Below, piece by piece: positions 59,855-64,000 of a stretch of DNA of 64,000 nucleotides. The notes beneath the pieces are model-generated. The model made no database searches and was not told where the DNA came from. It saw nothing but the letters and a program-made list of their open reading frames with translations. The translations under genes were made by a program, and so were the position numbers. Source of the DNA: Gemmatimonadota bacterium (GTDB taxonomy: Bacteria > Gemmatimonadota > Gemmatimonadetes > Palauibacterales > Palauibacteraceae). The DNA is taken from contig JBHHYJ010000001.1 in the NCBI GenBank assembly GCA_046757485.1, forward strand, positions 115,454-179,453. Reading direction: 5' to 3'. The number at the start of each line of letters is the position of its first letter. The stretch's first letter is position 1.

Positions 59855-61516
59855 TCACCGGGCCAGGACCGTGTCGCGCAAGAACCGCTCGTTGTCGCGA
59901 TACGGGTGGCTCGTCGTGTAGTGCAGCCCCCGGCTCTCGAGCCGCCGCTGCGCGCACCGCACGATGAGGCTCGCGACGAGAAGAGCGAACTCCGTTTCAC
60001 GGGCCGCCATCCCCTCCGCCCCCGGCGACTCGATGGCCCGGAAGCCCGCCAGGGCGTCGAGCTGACTCCGAGCCTGCGCCAGCCCCTCGTCCGTGCGCAC
60101 CATGCCCACGCACTCCCACATCAGGTTCCGGACCTCGTCGAGCACGCTCCCCGCGTCCCGGCGGGGCACGCCGGCGGCGTGGTACATCCCCTCCCCGGCT
60201 CGCCCCGGACGGCCGCCGTGACCGCTCTCCTCCTTCGCCGCGTGGCGACTCTCCGATCCCCGCGCGGGCGGGCGCGTCGGGCTGCCGGTCGGAGGCGGAA
60301 GTTCCGGGAGGTCCGTGAGCAGGCGAGCGGCGGCCCGGTGCGCGAACACCACCGCTTCCAGGAGCGAGTTCGAGGCGAGCCGGTTCGCCCCGTGGACGCC
60401 CGTGCACGCGACCTCGCCCGCCGCGAAAAGGCCGGCCAGCGAGGTCCGGCCATCCCAGTCCGTCAGGAGGCCGCCACACGTATAGTGGGCGGCCGGAATG
60501 ACCGGGATCGGGTCCTTCGGAACGTCGATCCCCCTCTCTCTGCATGCCCGCGCGATGGTCGGGAAGCGGCGGTCGAACGTGCCGGCATCCACCGGAGCGA
60601 GGTCGAGCACGACGTACTCCTCGCCGCTCGCCGCCAGCTCGGAGTGTATGGCCCGAGCCACCACGTCCCGGGGAGCCAACGAGCCGGCCGGATGGTGCTT
60701 GTCCATGAACGCGGTGCCATCCTGCCGCCGCAGGACGGCACCCTCGCCGCGCACGGCTTCCGAGATGAGAAAGGCCCGAGAGCCGGCCGGAAAAAGCGCG
60801 GTCGGATGAAACTGCATGAACTCGAGGTTCGCCGCCGCCGCACCCGCCCGAAAGCCGAGGGCGATTCCATCGCCGGTCGCAATCTCCGGATTCGTCGTGT
60901 GCCGATACAGGCGACCACAGCCTCCCGTGGACAAGAAGACGGCGCGGGCCCGTACGTCGATCCAGGCGCCGCTTCGGACGTCCAGCACTCGAGCGCCGGA
61001 GCACCGGCTGCGCAGCGTCGCGGGGTGGAGCTCCGTGTGCAGGGACCACACGAAGTGGTCGTCCAGGAGACGAATCGATGCCCTCCGCTCCACGGCTTCC
61101 AGGAGGGCCCGCTCGATCTCCTGGCCCGTGAGGTCCGCCGCGTGGAGAATCCTGCGTCGGCGGTGGCCGGCCTCCCGACCCAGCGAGAGCCGCTCGCCGC
61201 CCGTCTCTCGCGTGAAGCGCACCCCCCACTCCATCAGCTCCTGAACCCGCTCGGGGCCTTCCCTGGCCAGCTCCTCGACCGCCCGCCGGTGACACAGACC
61301 GGCTCCGGCCACGAGCGTGTCTCTCACATGAAGCTCCGGCGAATCGCCGGGCCCGACGGCCGCGGCCACCCCTCCCTGGGCGTAGTTCGTGTTGGAGTCC
61401 ACCCGATCCTTCTTCGTCACGATGACGACGTCCGCCACCTCGGCCACTTTGAGGGCGAGGGTGAGGCCGGCGATCCCGCTGCCTATCACGAGGATGTCCG
61501 TCTCGACCTGCGTCAT
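59855..61516 (-). CDS. nadB: L-aspartate oxidase
   Basis: FAD-binding N-terminus DILVIGSGIAGL, the AQGG motif, and the His/Arg active-site region HYTCGG. The 553 aa run from the ATG at 61514-61516. The supplied 1023 aa ORF continues upstream across lpxK in another frame and that part is rejected. Confidence 0.85.
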   Translation of the reverse strand: MTQVETDILVIGSGIAGLTLALKVAEVADVVIVTKKDRVDSNTNYAQGGVAAAVGPGDSPELHVRDTLVAGAGLCHRRAVEELAREGPERVQELMEWGVRFTRETGGERLSLGREAGHRRRRILHAADLTGQEIERALLEAVERRASIRLLDDHFVWSLHTELHPATLRSRCSGARVLDVRSGAWIDVRARAVFLSTGGCGRLYRHTTNPEIATGDGIALGFRAGAAAANLEFMQFHPTALFPAGSRAFLISEAVRGEGAVLRRQDGTAFMDKHHPAGSLAPRDVVARAIHSELAASGEEYVVLDLAPVDAGTFDRRFPTIARACRERGIDVPKDPIPVIPAAHYTCGGLLTDWDGRTSLAGLFAAGEVACTGVHGANRLASNSLLEAVVFAHRAAARLLTDLPELPPPTGSPTRPPARGSESRHAAKEESGHGGRPGRAGEGMYHAAGVPRRDAGSVLDEVRNLMWECVGMVRTDEGLAQARSQLDALAGFRAIESPGAEGMAARETEFALLVASLIVRCAQRRLESRGLHYTTSHPYRDNERFLRDTVLAR

Positions 61517-62526
61517 CGACCTGCCGCCTCCAACACGCTGCGGCGCACCTCCTCCTCGCCCGCTTCCCACAGGACCCGGTCTTCCACGTACCACACCGGC
61601 ACTCGCTCGCCCACACGGGGCAGGCACCGCACCACGTCCTTGAGGGTCCCGAGGAGGCCAGCCTCGCCGGCGGACTGGACGATGGACGCGAGGCGGGCGT
61701 CGTCCGGACCGTGATGGTCGCGGAAGGTAAAGAACCGGTTCACCTCGGGCCACCGGACCTGCACGCTGCGGAAAAAGAGGCCGGGCTTCATGACGCCGGC
61801 CACCGCCGTACTCGGGACCAGGTCGGAGCGGACCGCCGCTCGATTCGCGGGGCGCAGCTCGGCCGGCTGTAGAGCGCACCGGGCGACGGCCCGACCGCCG
61901 GTACGTCGCCGGAGGCCCGCGGCCAGGCGCCGGGCGTACGGCCCGCTCGAGGAACGCCGCGTGACGACGATGATCGTGGCGTCCGCCACGCGAGCGAACG
62001 GATCGCGAAACGGTCCGGCGGGCAGGAGACGACGGTTCGTGCGACACAGGGCATCGGCGTCCACGAGCAGGAGGTCCAGCTCCCGGAACACGCTCCGGTG
62101 CTGGAACCCGTCGTCGAGAACGGCCACCGTGGCCCCGCGAACGGCCGCCGCGCCGATCGCCCGGATGCGGTCCGGGTGCCCCAACACGAGCGACCCGGGC
62201 GCGAGGATTCGGTGCAGCTCCAGCTCGTCGGCATACCCCCGGGTGACGATCGCCGGCCGGTGGCCCGCGGCTTCCAGCCATCGGGCGATGTGGGCCGCGA
62301 TCGGCGTCTTGCCGGAGCCCCCGACCGTCAGGCCACCCACGGACATCACGCGCACCGGGGCTCGGACCGCGCGGAGGGTTCCCGCGTCGTACAGGAGGTT
62401 GCGGAGGCCGGCTCCCAGGCCGTACGCGGCTCCCAGGGCACGCAGCACGGCGCCCGGCCGCCGTCTCCAGGCGGTCCGAACGTGCCGCTCGGCCGCGCTC
62501 AATCCGGAGTCGCGTACGCCTCGCAC
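61513..62526 (-). CDS. lpxK: tetraacyldisaccharide 4'-kinase
   Basis: P-loop VGGLTVGGSGKTP, with LRNLLYDAG upstream as in LpxK. The start is uncertain (GTG at 62524-62526 chosen). Its stop overlaps the nadB start. Confidence 0.75.
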   Translation of the reverse strand: MRGVRDSGLSAAERHVRTAWRRRPGAVLRALGAAYGLGAGLRNLLYDAGTLRAVRAPVRVMSVGGLTVGGSGKTPIAAHIARWLEAAGHRPAIVTRGYADELELHRILAPGSLVLGHPDRIRAIGAAAVRGATVAVLDDGFQHRSVFRELDLLLVDADALCRTNRRLLPAGPFRDPFARVADATIIVVTRRSSSGPYARRLAAGLRRRTGGRAVARCALQPAELRPANRAAVRSDLVPSTAVAGVMKPGLFFRSVQVRWPEVNRFFTFRDHHGPDDARLASIVQSAGEAGLLGTLKDVVRCLPRVGERVPVWYVEDRVLWEAGEEEVRRSVLEAAGR

Positions 62527-63146
62527 CGTCCGATCTCCCTGTCGATAGCCCGTTCGATACGCCGGGTCCAGGGCTCGAGATCCCCCAGAGCCCCCGGCCG
62601 CGGCAGGGACACGGGGGCTCCGTACGAGACGAAGATCGTGGCGCCGGGGCGCGGAACGAGAAACCGATCCCAGCTCCGGAGCCGCCAACCCGCGGTGGCG
62701 GCTGCCCCGACGGGAACCAGGGGCACGCCGATCGCGGAGGCCGCCTGAACGATTCCGGGCTGGCAGCGCCGCCGGGGCCCACGGGGGCCATCCGGGGTGA
62801 GGCCGACGGGACGGCCGCTACGCCCCGCCGCGATGAGGGCCCGGAGCCCGCTCGCCCCGCCGCGGGTCGTGGAGCCACGGACCGCCGTGTACCCGAGGCG
62901 ATGAAGCACGCGGGCCAGCACCTCACCGTCCCGGTGCCGACTCACGAGGACGACGGCCCCCTGTCTCGCGTGCAGCACGGAGAGGGGCAGGAGATGCTCG
63001 TGCCACAGCGCGTACACGGCGGGGAGCAACCGGCCGTCCGCCGCTTCCCTCCCCGTTCCCTCCGCCCGCCGGAACTTCCAGGTGATCCCCCCCAGGCGGG
63101 CGATGATGCGCCCCGCGACCACGACCGATCCCGCGGGCGCCCTCAT
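62499..63146 (-). CDS. DUF374-type lysophospholipid acyltransferase family protein
   Basis: A 215 aa protein (LLPAVYALWHEHLLPLSV...LVSRHRDGE) that resembles the DUF374 proteins commonly wedged between lpxB/kdtA and lpxK. The ATG at 63144-63146 overlaps the lpxB stop. The upstream 250 aa of the supplied ORF are rejected. Confidence 0.6.
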   Translation of the reverse strand: MRAPAGSVVVAGRIIARLGGITWKFRRAEGTGREAADGRLLPAVYALWHEHLLPLSVLHARQGAVVLVSRHRDGEVLARVLHRLGYTAVRGSTTRGGASGLRALIAAGRSGRPVGLTPDGPRGPRRRCQPGIVQAASAIGVPLVPVGAAATAGWRLRSWDRFLVPRPGATIFVSYGAPVSLPRPGALGDLEPWTRRIERAIDREIGRCEAYATPD

Positions 63147-64000
63147 GCCTTGCCCGCCAGCAGACGGAGCGTGAGCCGTGCGACGCGATCCGCGCAGCCG
63201 GGATCGCCCAGGCGCGCTCGCACGCGGTCGAGTCCCGTCTTCATCTCTCGACGCTGCGGCGCGTTCTCGTCGAGCAGGGGAAGGACGGCCTCGCACAGCG
63301 CGCGGGGCGTCATCTGCTCCTGGATCAGCTCCGGCACGATCCGCTCCCCTGCCACGAGGTTCACCAGGGAGATTCTCTCCACCCGGACCAGGCGGCGAGC
63401 CACGCGATAGCTCAGATGGGCCATGCGGTAGCCGACCACGAGCGGCACGCCGGCGAGCGCGAGCTGAAGGTTGACCGTGCCGGATTTGGCGAGAGCGGCG
63501 GTGGCGCACCGAACCGCCTGCTCCGGGGAGACCCGCCGCGCCGGCGCGGCCGCCTCGTACAGATGCTCCGGCAGGCCCGGAGCCGCCGCGACCAGCAGCT
63601 CCGTGGACGGACGAGCTTCGAGCACTCGACGCCCGGCGGCGGCGAAGATCGGGAGGATCCGGCGAACCTCCTGTTCTCGCGAGCCGGGAAAGAGCGACAG
63701 AACCACGCGGGCCTCCGAGCCTCCGTCCCCCGCCGGCGACGACTCCTGCCGCCCCTCGTTCGGGGCGGCATCCAGCAACGGATGGCCCACGAAGATCGCG
63801 CGGGCGCCGTATCGGCTGAGGAGCTCTTCCTCGAACGGCAGAACCGTGCAGATCAGATCGCAGTGGCGGGCGAGGCGCCGGGCCCGACCCTCCCGCCACG
63901 CCCATACCTGGGGCGCGATGTAGTACAGAACGGCCAGGCCCCGGCGCCGGGCGAACGCGCTCAGATGGAGGTTTAGTCCGGGGTAGTCGATCGGCAGAAA
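63143..64000 (-). CDS. lpxB: lipid-A-disaccharide synthase (5' end lies beyond the window)
   Basis: The frame stays open to the window edge. It translates to ...IDYPGLNLHLSAFARRRGLAVLYYIAPQVWAWREGR...FVGHPLLDA..., the LpxB GT19 core. Confidence 0.8.
   Translation of the reverse strand, partial: FLPIDYPGLNLHLSAFARRRGLAVLYYIAPQVWAWREGRARRLARHCDLICTVLPFEEELLSRYGARAIFVGHPLLDAAPNEGRQESSPAGDGGSEARVVLSLFPGSREQEVRRILPIFAAAGRRVLEARPSTELLVAAAPGLPEHLYEAAAPARRVSPEQAVRCATAALAKSGTVNLQLALAGVPLVVGYRMAHLSYRVARRLVRVERISLVNLVAGERIVPELIQEQMTPRALCEAVLPLLDENAPQRREMKTGLDRVRARLGDPGCADRVARLTLRLLAGKA

Noticed and set aside
59855-62926. 1023 aa ORF treated as one protein
   Set aside because: It is NadB (553 aa) plus read-through across lpxK and the DUF374 gene in a non-coding frame.

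Overview
This is a 64 kb, roughly 70 % GC, gene-dense stretch of bacterial core chromosome with 62 CDS, no tRNA or rRNA genes, and no CRISPR array, transposon or prophage.

Most adjacent genes overlap by ATGA, GTGA or TTGA junctions, so long operons are likely. Gene content (lpt, kds and lpx genes, sigma-54, bshC) points to a Gram-negative, possibly Gemmatimonadota or a related FCB-group organism. That placement is a guess from composition and content.

Plus strand, positions 1 to about 39.9 kb:
- nuoL (5'-truncated by the window start), nuoM, nuoN
- phosphomannomutase, an orphan carbamate kinase, sucC and sucD
- an unusual PTS-EIIA(Ntr)-like domain fused to a CBS pair
- ndk
- the yceD-rpmF-plsX-fabD-fabG-acpP-fabF operon, which lacks fabH
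- purE, ispF, a DedA-family gene, xerD, a nitroreductase
- a secreted bactofilin-like protein
- the conserved LPS block kdsB-pyrG-kdsA-kdsC-kdsD-lptC-lptA-lptB-rpoN

The most notable region is a seven-gene membrane glycosylation cluster that follows rpoN and is translationally coupled to it. It encodes a GtrB-like GT2, an ArnT/PMT-like GT-C, a GT4, a methyltransferase, a YfhO GT-C, an MprF-TM-like flippase candidate and a Ppm1-like polyprenol-phosphate-mannose synthase. The cluster sits where enterobacteria carry hpf-ptsN. It is flanked by two copies of a structured intergenic repeat of about 100 bp and by a sigma-54-like -24/-12 motif upstream of rpoN.

Minus strand, about 40.0 to 64.0 kb:
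- a YfgM-like TPR protein, apt, a YqaA/DedA-family gene, pcm, surE, a MerR-family gene, gpsA, plsY, der
- a DUF512 radical-SAM protein, a zinc-ribbon/DUF2007 ORF, a TPR lipoprotein
- thrC, gltX, uvrC, murJ, a PspB-like small membrane protein
- bshC, a methyltransferase, rlmH, nadB, lpxK, a DUF374 acyltransferase and lpxB (truncated by the window end)

The many long antisense or alternative-frame ORFs in the supplied track are high-GC artefacts.
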